A DNA stretch of 64,000 bases from Hydrolagus affinis (lineage: Eukaryota), in the NCBI GenBank assembly GCA_012026655.1, contig JAAILG010000066.1, positions 62,001 through 126,000 of the forward strand, written 5' to 3'. A program made the position numbers and the translations under genes. Below, one piece after another: positions 52,816 to 64,000 of this stretch. Under the pieces are notes generated by a model. The model was not told the DNA's origin, did no database searches, and worked only from the letters and a program-made list of their open reading frames with translations. Every line of letters starts with the position of its first letter. The first letter of the stretch is position 1.

Positions 52816-52904
52816 TTTTATTCCACTCACGAGGAAGACCTTGTAACACATGAGCAACAAAGTCATAGTGAGATGCAAATACCTTCCTCGTGAGTGGAAT
52901 AAAA
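52816..52904. repeat. Perfect 22-bp inverted repeat with 45-nt spacer
   Basis: TTTTATTCCACTCACGAGGAAG (52816-52837) / CTTCCTCGTGAGTGGAATAAAA (52883-52904). Confidence 0.9.
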
Positions 52905-53905
52905 TCTTCACTGCATGACGAAATTGCAAGCATTCCATTTAAACCACACATTTACAAGAAAAAATAGGCAGAATTACAAAAAATTAATATCTTTTGTCTT
53001 TATTATTCATATGATCGTTTGGCTGGAATAACAGCAGTGCATGGAGGAGAGAATCTTTGTGATGTAGAACGTATCATTTGATACAAGTGTGCGTGTAAAA
53101 TCAATGGGATTAATGTGTTTATTTTGTTTTAAATGGCACATTCCATCATCTGCACATTATCACTTCATTATATTTAACTGTGGCATTGAAGGTTGGCTTG
53201 TAACATATGTTCAATTTTCTTTTTTTTTAAAAAAAAGGATTTAGACATTACTAGAGATATACTGATCGTATAAAAAATGTTTTGTACTAAGTTGTTCATT
53301 GTGGTATGTATCCCACGCATTGTCAGCCATCCACTGATATTTGGACGCTTTTTTTTGCTCATGTTACATGATGGAAGATAGTAAATGCTATCCTTGAAAG
53401 CTGGAAAACTCTTCTCCAGTTACCTTCCAATATGTTGCAGAACATTATGTTTTCAGAAGAACATGCTGAGTGCTACATGAATGCTGACCAAAACAAAGCT
53501 GAAGTCTCTGGCATCCCAAACTGGGAATAATACTTGCTATGTGAGCAAGTATTATTCCAAGTGAAAAGAGGAGGGAGAGAGAAAACAACTTAAAAAGAAA
53601 AAGCAGAGCAACACCCAAAAAAAATTAGAATGGAGTTATACTTGGACCAAGATTTTAATCAGATGCTGGAAAAAAGGGTGATGCTGATATCTGGTGTATG
53701 AATCCTTTAGCTGATAACCAAAATTGTGTAGTTTTTTTTAAATTATTAATCCGACTCTTATTTTTACATTGCTCTGTTGAAATCTTTGCAACCAGGGAGG
53801 CAAACCTGTGTGATATGCATCCATTTTGTCCATGGTACTGTAGCGAAGGGGTTTTAAGGTTAGTGCAGAGTATTGTTTTGCAACAAGAAATTAGGGTATA
53901 AGGCG

Positions 53906-54191
53906 TTAATAATAATAATGATGTTTTCTAGATGTCTCAAAGTGCTTCACAGAATATACTGTAAGGTGAATTGACTGTATATTTGTAGGCAAAATGTGGC
54001 AACCAACTGTGCACAGCAGTGTCCCGCAAACAGTCGTGGATTAAAATGGCCAATTTATTATTGATTTTTTTAAGGATTATTATTAGGCATGTGGAATAAG
54101 GAAACTTGCCCAAAGTTACACCCTGCCAGCAATTGAACCCAGGTCTCTCACTTGTAAGGCGAGTGCTCTAACCACTGAGCTACAGGACTCC
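53906..54191 (-). mobile_element. SINE family A, full length
   Basis: rc head GGAGTCCTGTAGCTCAGTGGTTAGAGCACTCGCC...CCTGGGTTCAATTGC; (ATT)n tail. Confidence 0.9.
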
Positions 54192-57177
54192 AGCAGGGTG
54201 AAAATCGGTAGCCAACAGGAGTTACAATCAGGTAGCCAAACAGGAGACATTTTCAGGAAGAGATTCAACGAGCACAACAATTTTGATAATTGCATCTTGG
54301 TTGTTGAATGTTACAGTTAAATACAAGCCAGCATTTCAATGCCATGTTCAATGGAAAATGGAAGATCAAGGATTCAGAAAGAATGCTGCAAGGTAGGAAG
54401 ATGAGCATGAAACAAGTGATGTGAAGCAATCTCAGTAATGTGCTTCATAAAATGTCTTTCCTGGGCCAGTAGCAAGAGTGTCCATCACAGCTAAAGGAGG
54501 AATGGATGGTTCAAATTGCATCAATTTTGCCAAGGGCTCCAAGTTAGTTCTGCCTGGAGGGGAAGATGGGGTTCAGTGGGCAGAAGGCTAGTGTGAATGT
54601 AAGATGAACAGCATAAGATAATGTTTAGGGCACCGTGTTCAAATACACCCAGATCTTCCACGTGCCTAAGTATTGGAGGCAAAGGAGAGATTAATCACTG
54701 TGGGTGCTTTCTTCTCAGAGGAAGATTATGCACAATTCCAGTCAATGCAGGGTGACTGCAAACACCAGATGTGACGACGGTAGAAGAGATTAAGCTTCCA
54801 CTGGTATCTCTGGTGTGAGAGGAAGAATATGCGGTAGCCATGAGGGACCATGGCTAAGCAGGTACAGTTACGAAAGATTGTTTAGCTTAAAATAGTAAAT
54901 TTGTGCCCTGTTTCCCAAATTATCTCTTTTAAAGCGTATCACTGGATTGGTAATAAAACTTTGCCCTTGTGCTTCTCATGTGTTCCTTTCAGGCTACCTG
55001 CAATCCCTGGTTTGTGAAGAGACCTTCCACCTGTACCTCAGCACAGACAGCTACAGGAGTAATTTATTCAAGGAGAATGTCAGATTTCATTCCCTAGACA
55101 ACAACCCAAATGAAAAGGAGTGAAGAAAGAGAGAGAAAGACCTAGGACAATGGCTTGCTGACATCCTCCTCCTCCTCCTCCTTCACCCAAAAGCCCTGAC
55201 CTCTGCATGACAATGTAACGTTGAAGTACTCAGTATAACTGCACAGCGCCTCTCAGAGCAAAGCACGTCATAGGGCAAGGGAGATACTGGAACAGCACAT
55301 GGTGAAGCAACAAACACTGGAGAAGTGAGGGGGAAAGAGGGAAGAAAGTGTGGTAGAGAACGAGGCACTATCAGAAGAGGGTGTCTCAAGGTGCAGTTAC
55401 CATTTGTTCCTGAGATGTGTGGAGGTGTGAGGGGCCAGGGCCATTGACCTCCATCTCTCCTTCCACCCTTCTAACCTCGGCACACACGCTCCTGATGCCC
55501 TTCCCTCTCACACATGTATGGAATACACTGTGAGCCAGACTAGTGAATACATTCACGAAAGAAGACGAGTGGGTGTAAGCACAATATGTAGTGCACTGAT
55601 GCACTACATGGCAGGCAACATTGTTAGGGATCTGAACATTGTAAATCCTTTTTTCTCATCTTTATTAGTAAACATTATTAAACACCTCAATTGCTATTCC
55701 TAGTTATGTGTTTGTTCTTCAAATTTCTACCTGGACGTATTCTCCTAAAGTTCTTACGAGTTCACCAGGCACACAGTCTCTGGTTTATAGGTTTCTAAAG
55801 AGCCAGATGTGGACATTCATGATGTTAGTGAATAAAAGACTTAATTTCTGACGGGAAGACAATCTGCCTTAAGCACTTGTAAAACTAAGACTTTAACAAT
55901 TTTTGCTGTTTTCCCAATAAACAGGCACTAAAACATGGAGGAAATTAAGGGCATAAAATTAATGCTTGTTTTCTCCAAAATACTCCAAATTAGGTCAGCT
56001 ATTTTAATTTACAGAATTAACACACAGAATTTCAAACCCAATGTGTTCACCTTTTCTCTTCCTCTTTCAACAATGGAAAAAAAATTACTTAAAAATAAGA
56101 ACTTAGTGTCTGTTTTGTGATGTAAAAGTGTTCTTTTGTCTTTCTTGTGTGTTTTTTTAAATGTTGATCAAATTGACGAGCAGAATTTTATAGGTCCAGT
56201 TCAGTTGTTTGTTTCTTCTAGTATATGCCACTTATTTTATTTACATAAAATATCGTTTACACGAAGTGTGAAAAAGCAGTCAATGAACATAATCAAGTTG
56301 GATCTAAGAATGTGTGATTTTCCAGTCATTAACTTGAATAATAATAATGATAAAAATAATTAATATTCTTGACAATTGACATATCACCTTCCACATTACG
56401 AGAGCGTATCAAAGCGCATCAAGGGATATACTGCAAAGTGTAGTGACCGCGTTTTTGTAGGCGAATGACGTTTGGCCACCAGTGAAGCTGCATTTCATAG
56501 TGAAATTCTACTTTTTTAACCACTAATATAAAAATTCAATTTGCGTGTGAGTTATTAATAAAATATCTAATGTTTAACCGCTGCTTGTTGGTTGTTTTCT
56601 TTGCACACTTACAAGTTCTCTCGAAACATTGTTATGCTTCAATCATTTGCTTGTCCTCGTCATCCTGTCCCCGTCCCCTCCCACCTCCCCCTTACAATTC
56701 AGCCTTTGTGGCTCTTGGTTTAAAAATCTCTATTTGAGTTTTTAATATACAGTATTTTTAATTTTGGTTTACAAAGTAAGTATTTTGAGAGTTTTAAAAT
56801 ATTATAATTTATTGCAAATGAACTAGAAATCATACTTGAGATCCTTCAGGCTGACCTTGTGTGAACTATCGTTCTACCTTTTGTGTGATCAGAGTATTCT
56901 CAATTGCTGGATGTATAGGTACAAAGAGTAGCTCATTCATTGTGCTTGTCTTGCATGAAAGCATTTACTGAGCAAATATGACAGGAACATGTTCAGCTAA
57001 TGAGGTCGAATAGTTGTAACATTAAATTTAGACTGTGTTTTCTATTAGGTTTTATTTATCACTCCAGTATTTGCATTCATTCCTTTCACATTTGTTATCT
57101 CTTGCTCCGTTCTGGGGATGGGGCACCTTTTCTCATTTCACAGCCAATTGTTACCCTACGCTGAGTCTGTAAGTTGC

Positions 57178-57333
57178 NNNNNNNNNNNNNNNNNNNNNNN
57201 NNNNNNNNNNNNNNNNNNNNNNNNNNNNNNNNNNNNNNNNNNNNNNNNNNNNNNNNNNNNNNNNNNNNNNNNNNNNNNNNNNNNNNNNNNNNNNNNNNNN
57301 NNNNNNNNNNNNNNNNNNNNNNNNNNNNNNNNN
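57178..57333. other. N block (156 bp), probably a masked conserved element in the second intron
   Basis: N run with unique, motif-rich flanks. Confidence 0.5.
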
Positions 57334-58864
57334 TTCGAATTAAGTGGCTGACACTGTCTATTGAGAATTTAGATAGCGGTGTCTAGAATTTTTATGTTAA
57401 GTTCATGTTGTTTTATATTCGTAGTGTAGCTTGCTTTTGTAGGATCCCAATGTAAATATCTGAGTTTACACATCTGGATATTTTGATTTTGTAGTTCTAT
57501 TCTGTGTAGATATTCGTGTGTATTTTTTAATCAGCTCTTTGTACGATCTGCTTTTGAAAGTACAGTATTTCTTTTCTTAAATGTTTCTATTGTGCTTTTA
57601 TAAAAAGAAAACTCTGGTTAGTTGTTGTCCTTGATTTCCCAGTTTTTAAAAGTATATTTATGGTGGCCATGGTATAGCCTGCAGGCTTCCTGGTTTTCTT
57701 TACAATCCCGGTTCTAAAGCACTAATCATTGCATGGTAACATCTCCTGTTAGCACTCGGCACATTTATGCAACATTTATTGTATTTGTCAGGTGTTTAGG
57801 AGACCACTGGGAGTTTTAATTAATGTCAGTTAAGAAGATACATCGTTCAGCTGATACCAGCTTGGCAAGTTTCTCATTTTCCTATAATCCATACACTCCT
57901 CTGTCTTTAGGGAAATATGCAAAATTAAAAGTTACACTGCATGCTGTTGTCTGTACAGCATCCAGCTCATCAAGCTAAAACTCTCATGCAAATTTTAATT
58001 TGCCCTTGAGCATAATTTAGAAACCATAATCATTGAGGTTTTATGCAGCATCGATACAGGAAAGAGGCTCCATTAAACCACATGTTCTCTTTCAGAGAAT
58101 TAGATTCTTTGTGTAGTGAAATCTTAACTCGCGAAGTAAATATTGAATGAGCAAAACACTAAAAAAAATGTTTAAGGCACTGGGTCGCGAAAGCCTGTGA
58201 GAAATGCATTTTAACTAGACCATTTCTGTTTAACGTTAGGGTGTTGTGAGTTGTTTTATACAGCAGAACATTTTGGTTTTCTCTTCTAATCCCTGAAGTA
58301 CTGTACACTTGGCCTGACATATAGAGTCTTCTTCTACACTAGGATGACACTAAAAGATATGTAGAATGACTGACAATGTAGCAGATGCATGGGACCTTCC
58401 CTAGACAAAACAGAAGGTATTGTTCTATTATCAACTACTGTGAATTACCATTGTGTGACCATCTGTGTTAAGACATATTACATGACTTCATGGAATTTAC
58501 AGTGCACTCGTTCTGTAACTCGATTTTTCAATGTTTGGTCCCTGGAGATTTTACAAAATGTCAAGCTGTAGCTTGCAAGAGAAAAGTGAAATCTACTGGA
58601 AACAAACACTTATGACCATTTCATGCCTGATCTCCTTTGTGATGTTGTTTAGGGGGCAGGTGCTGTACTGCAGTGCACTACAGTAGGTAAGAACGTTAAG
58701 ATGTTGGGAAAAGAGTTGCTAAATGAAAGATTGTAAATTAATGTATGGTTTGAGTCCATATTATGGCACAACATTTAAATTATTTGTTTGGAGATATACC
58801 TATCTACACTGCGCGAGGTGCTATGAATCACATGTTCTTATGGCCCCTTTTTGTTTTTACTTTT

Positions 58865-58990
58865 TATTAATAATAATCTTTGCATTTGATACAGTGCCTA
58901 ATCACATCTTTGAGTCATCTCAAAGTGCTTAAAGAATATACTGTTAAGTGAATTTACTGTATATTTTGTTGGCGAAATGGGGCAGCTAAT
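58865..58990 (-). mobile_element. SINE family A 3' fragment
   Basis: rc tail and partial body. Confidence 0.75.
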
Positions 58991-61900
58991 TCTTCATTTA
59001 AAGACTTCACACCTCCAGACTTGATTTCTTCTATGGTTTATTTCTAACAATTGTCATCTCCAAGAGTTAATTTTCATTTAGACTGAGCTATTAACCAAGA
59101 TTAAATCTTATTGAATCATGATAAAAAGTCTTTGTATGAAACAGATGTTTTGTTACTTTGTACTGTATTGAGAACATATATCTTGATATTTGTCTATTGA
59201 ATAATTGTGGGATTTCTTAATGTTTGGTGACTAGAAAACCTGGCACCTAATATCTATCTCAAACATATTATGTTTGACAACAGCTTTCCATGAATTGTAA
59301 GCACATAAGGTACCAGCAGCATTTTCTGTGTACAAACTCACTTAACAATTAGCTTTCAGGATGTGTCCCAATTTGAATGGATTTCCTGTTAAAACAAGAA
59401 AACCACTCAATAAATTAATTAACAGCAAATTTGTCTACAGTTATATGAATGAGGATAGGAATAGTTAACAATCAGAACTTACTTAAGGGACAATAACTGG
59501 AGATTAGCAAACATGTAATGCAGACCTGTAATTGTATAATTGATTCCGATCAATTTTAAGGCACTTCCTTCAAGTAAAAAGCAGTATTTTTATCTTTTTT
59601 ATTTTTACATTATTTTACTTTTCAGTGCATATCTGAGTTGGTCTACAGAATAGTAGCTTCTCTGTCCCCCATTCATCACTGCAATGTTACAATTGAGAGT
59701 GCAAACTAAAAGCTAAGAATCTCTGTGAAACATTGATATGCTAATATGCTCCTATACCATAGTGTCCTTGGAGCCAATTCATGGTTCTCAACAAGCGTGT
59801 CACCCACACACAATAAAACATTAGCAAATTGCCTCGATGGTCTTACAATCCGGTTTGGATTGTTAAATACGAAATGTTTTCTCAAGTCTAACAAAACATG
59901 CTTTGGTACAGGCTGCTTGACAGGACTCCAAAACAGTAATCACATGAAGTAGGGAATGTGAAAAGATATTTCAACTTATCGACAAACCAGTCACAATCCA
60001 TTTTTTTGCATAGCCGATTAACAAACTACCTCACCACATTGAACACTGATCTTAGGTACAAAAGAATTGGTGGTGGGGTGCGGGGGCGGTAGAATGAGAA
60101 ATGTACAAATTCTGCCTCGTTCTCCAGCTCTTGGTACATTTAATGCACATGAATCTAGTGAGGTCTATCATGAGCACGATAATGGACCAACAATCTGGTA
60201 GTCCTCTCTCCCCCGCAGTTATTATATTTAAGAGGCACTTAGGTGGCTCAGACTTCCAGACCAAACCTTTTGTAAATCTTTCATTGGTAGAAGAGAGGCC
60301 TCGAAACAAGACGCAACCGTAGCGACTGAAAATAATTTTTGGTCTTGGAAGATGGAAATAAAATGCCACTTGAATTCCAATAAAAGTTCTATTAACAGCT
60401 ACTACCCCAGCAAGAGTCTGACCAATTTTCCTCCTGAAACTATCTGCTGCAACACACTGAAGTATAAATAACACCAGGATGTCTTAGCTGACGGGCGTCA
60501 AAGTTGGCATTAAGCTCTTGAGCTCCTTGTTGGAATGACCTTAACAGATTGACAAGCTCTTCCTTTATAGCCCGCTGTCTTAGTTGCTGTTGATCTCATG
60601 AAAGATTGCCACATAATAGATTACTTTTTCTAGTTTTTCCATTCTCTCTGGTTCAATTCTGGATACCAACATGCAGAAAGTGTGTGTGTGTGTGTGTGTG
60701 TGTATGACCTGAAAGGTGCTATACAAATGTAATTTTGATGTTATTGTTTAAATAAGAAAATATATATATAGTGTCTTGAATTCCAGTCTTTATTTTTTGT
60801 TTGGTTTTGAAACTGTTCAAGGCTAGTCTTTTCATGAAACTGGAATCCAATATCACAAACCATGGCAACAAAATTGGTTTTTAATCTAAGACTGCCCACG
60901 TGAAGAGGATGCCATAATACATTCACAATAAATTAACATCACTTTTCCAGTCTCTCATGCAAGCTACCAAGGTGTTCCTGCTGTTATTTGTGAATGCCAT
61001 CCTCGGTTTATGGAGAGATCAATCAGCCCAGCAAAGAATGAACAATAAGTTTTATTCTCCTCTTTGCTAACAGATTGACAGCGGTGTGTTGATCTTCAAT
61101 GGTGCAAATACCTTGTTATGATTGCTGCCCTACCACACACAACACCCTTCGTGGATTACAGTTGGGGGGCTTGCTAACTTTGTGTAAATTAGGAACAGAT
61201 TATTTTAGTGGCTTCAAGTTTTGACATGTTTGTCCTTTACCATGCCCTATTCCCCACCCTCTTCAACTCCTTCCCTTTCCTCCTCTTTCCCAGCTCGAGT
61301 CACCAGCCAGCTGAGCAAAGCACTTTGAGGGGTAAATGGTTTTCCATTGTGTTTAAAATAACTATCCAGTTTTTTTTACACACACTTCCCATTACTAAAG
61401 AATATAGTGGGGGGGAAAAAAACATCTGTTTAGATATACCAGTGCATCCATCTAATCCAAAATTGGTGGCAGTTGTGTGTAACCGATGCTATTGCAGTTT
61501 AAGTCGTGTTTTTTTTGTTCAGAAAAAATGCTTCTAACCAGCAGTTTTATGTGAACAGCTCTGATGGTGCAATGGGACAAGGGGTACTGATTCATGGTGG
61601 TCTAGTGCTGAAATACACATCTGCTTTACTTGTCCAGTGACTTTCCACAGTGATTTGGAATAATTTCTGCAGGTTAAAACTGTCCATATCGCTGTGCTTC
61701 AATTTATTCCTCTGGAGCTGTGGAATGCTGTTCTATAGCATGAGTTGCTTTGGAGATGGCAAGTGGCGTTGATCAGCATGTGAAATGGTGTCTGCAGAGT
61801 CACTGAACCAGTGTCAGGCATTTCAGATAATTGTGAACAGACTGAGCTTTGGCTGGTTTTGGTTTATTTCAGTGTTGTTTTACAATCTTTCACACATGTA

Positions 61901-62134
61901 ATTCCCTCCCCCATCACTCCCACCTTCACCCGCGAGTCATTATTATTGCTCTTAAATTGTATATTGTGTCTAACTGGGTTGTAAATAAATTTAAAGCAAG
62001 CAACGGTAATTAAATGTCTGGTTTAAAGTTGCAATTCAGATGTGCTGAAAGATTGATGTGTAGCAGCAATACCCCATACAGTTCAGTAAGGTTGAAAGTG
62101 TAAGATAACCGAAGGTTGTAGGAAAGAGAAATCG

Positions 62135-62215
62135 GAAGGGTGGGGGCTTGTGTGGAGAATAAACACCATCAAAGAGTAATGGGGCTAAATGGCTTATTTG
62201 GCCATGCTATATCAC
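62135..62215 (+). mobile_element. CR1 3' terminus remnant
   Basis: GCTTGTGTGGAGAATAAACACC...GGGCTAAATGGCTTATTT resembles chondrichthyan CR1 tails as recalled. Confidence 0.45.
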
Positions 62216-62619
62216 TCAAATAACTCTAGTTTTGAGTTTTGTCTTTCTCACTATTTTAACCATTTTAACCACTACTTCCAAGGAAATCAAAGTCCTAACA
62301 TTTCTCGTGTTTTTAGCCTTAAGATGATGATTGTAAAAGTTAAGATCATGAAGAAGTTTGTAAAATTCTTAAATTCATCCTAAAATGGAAGGATTTTTTT
62401 TTACAGATTAAGAATGAAGTGAAAGATACAAACAAACTGTTCAATCTTAAATGTCCAAGCCAGGGCTAGGGTTAGGGTAACTGGTGTGTAATGATAGTTG
62501 TTTTCATCACATTTTACTGAACTAGGTGCATTGAGACTTCCACTGCCAATATGACTTGTAGTTAAGAAGTGGTGGTGAATTTCTGAAACCTTTTTCCACC
62601 CACACACTTTATCTTAGAT

Positions 62620-62802
62620 TAATAATATTAATAATAATCCTTGCATTTGAGATGTCTCAAAGTGCTTCACAGAATATACTGTAAAGTGAACTGTATATTT
62701 TGCGGGCGAAACGTGGCAGACAATTGCACTCCCTTGCTGGGAATCAAATCCAGTTCTCTTGCTTGCGAGGCGAGTGTTCTTACCACTAAGCCAAAGGACT
62801 CC
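62620..62802 (-). mobile_element. SINE family A, internally deleted
   Basis: rc head GGAGTCCTTTGGCTTAGTGGTAAGAACACTCGCC joined directly to the 3' body. Confidence 0.8.
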
Positions 62803-63019
62803 GCAAAATAAGAGCTATTGTTAAGCACTTCTCATCAATTTGTAGTTTGTTCTGTTTTAGTAAAATGCTGTTGGTGAATAAGTGCACAAATTAGCTGCCA
62901 CGTTCACTTACAAAAACACAGTTAGTACAATTTACAGCATTCTGAGTAGATATCTTGTGTGAAGGGCACTGTATAAATGCAGGTAGTTGTGAAGCGCTTT
63001 GAAACGTCATCCCTTCATC

Positions 63020-63775
63020 ACCTTTGCACTTTTTTTGGATTAAGAGGCAGAACGAGATCACTAAAAACAAATTACTGGAACATGTTGACAGCACCAACAT
63101 CATCAATGCTCAGCTCCCTTGGGCTGGTCATGTTGCGAGGATGGATGACATAAGGTCATCGAAGCAGGTGCTTTATGGAGAAATGGTGGATGGTAGAAGA
63201 AAGCAGGACACGCAACAAAGGTGGGTCAATGACACACTGAAGCAACAGGAGAGCTCACTAGCAACGTGGTTATATGAGCCCCATACAGTAAAACGATAAT
63301 CCGCCATTCCGAAAGCTGACAACTCCCTAAAACCCGCAAGATTGCAAAATACATACAGTATTAGATTTTTTTCGGATGTCTAGCAAATACGGAAGTTCGG
63401 AACAATTGCTTGTTGTTGCTGCTCTGCCAACCGGCGCTATGGTTGGAGCTCGGCTTCAGTGGTATGTTTACGGAGGCGCTTCCCCAGATATTTCTAGGTA
63501 GGTTTCTAAATACCAGCAAACTCCAAAATCCGGGCGGTGTGTGGTCCCAACCGTACCGGATTATTGACGTTTTACTGTCGTAGACAATATTTGCCACATA
63601 TTAACTTGCAGGCTCCATCATTGTCAAGCTCTCTGGAATCCTACCCCATGGGATGGTCGCAATATAAATGCAGGTTGTTGTCGTTGTTGCATAATCACCA
63701 ATGCACCCATCTGTCATGAACTTATACTCCCTTCATTGTTGGCACCACCATTCTCGACTGCGAGAGACCTACTGC
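63020..63775 (+). mobile_element. RTE-clade LINE 3' fragment, interrupted by a MITE
   Basis: ORF 63024-63299 has QLPWAGHVARMDDIRSSKQVLYGEMVDGRRKQ...RW..DTLK, the typical post-RT RTE motif. The C-terminus-like HNHQCTH and tail ATTCTCGACTGCGAGAGAC follow the MITE. Confidence 0.8.
63286..63577. mobile_element. Tigger/pogo-like (Tc1/mariner) MITE
   Basis: Termini TA|CAGTAAAACGATAATCCG and CGGATTATTGACGTTTTACTG|TC form imperfect TIRs starting CAGT; left TA target site present; CpG-rich interior. Confidence 0.7.
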
Positions 63776-64000
63776 TTCATTCAAGGGCACTAAATAGAAT
63801 ATAAGGATTAATATTGTTAAGTTCTCCCTTCTCCACAACAGTTTTGTTCCTTATCCTCTTTCTTCATCTGTCCAGTTTCTTACATTTTTTCCTTTTTGAA
63901 ATCAATCCACTTTAGTGTTTTTTTGTTTCACTCACTGAGTACTATTTTGTATTATTTGCACTAATAACATTGGGATGATTTTATGACCTCCATTGTTTTA

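Noticed and set aside
55020-55600. Possible Harbinger transposase remnant (YSRRMSDFIP-like stretch, CCT repeat)
   Set aside because: Similarity too short and decayed to support without a profile search.
7415-57386. ORFs in the track that run through X stretches
   Set aside because: They stay open only because Ns contain no stops; only the block at 36609-36803 has independent exon evidence.
1-64000. Prokaryote-style system (operon, defence island, prophage)
   Set aside because: No gene-dense coding; the window is vertebrate intronic and regulatory DNA.

Overview
AT-rich vertebrate genomic DNA, most likely from a cartilaginous fish (inferred from SacSINE1/DeuSINE-like, L2, CR1, RTE and Penelope-type repeats). 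It covers the 5' part of a FOXP2 orthologue on the + strand. A non-coding first exon (~8322-8696) closely matches the human FOXP2 mRNA leader as I recall it and is followed by a ~27.9 kb intron. The first coding exon starts at 36603 (TTTTAG|GTATTA..., as in human GTATTAAGTC-ATG), but the rest of it lies under an N block, and the next intron runs off the window. Nine N blocks of irregular size (140-300 bp) sit over the coding exon and inside repeat-free, conserved-looking DNA, so they look like masked conserved elements rather than assembly gaps. No ORF in the track is a credible host gene. The main leads are three apparently conserved uORFs in the leader exon, a candidate 25-nt stop-containing microexon beside a masked block, a palindromic Penelope-derived insert with two degenerate hammerhead-ribozyme cores, an Eulor/Crypton-like hairpin, several unmasked candidate enhancers, and a perfect 37-bp direct repeat. 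All comparisons to human or to repeat consensus sequences are from memory and need confirmation by alignment.
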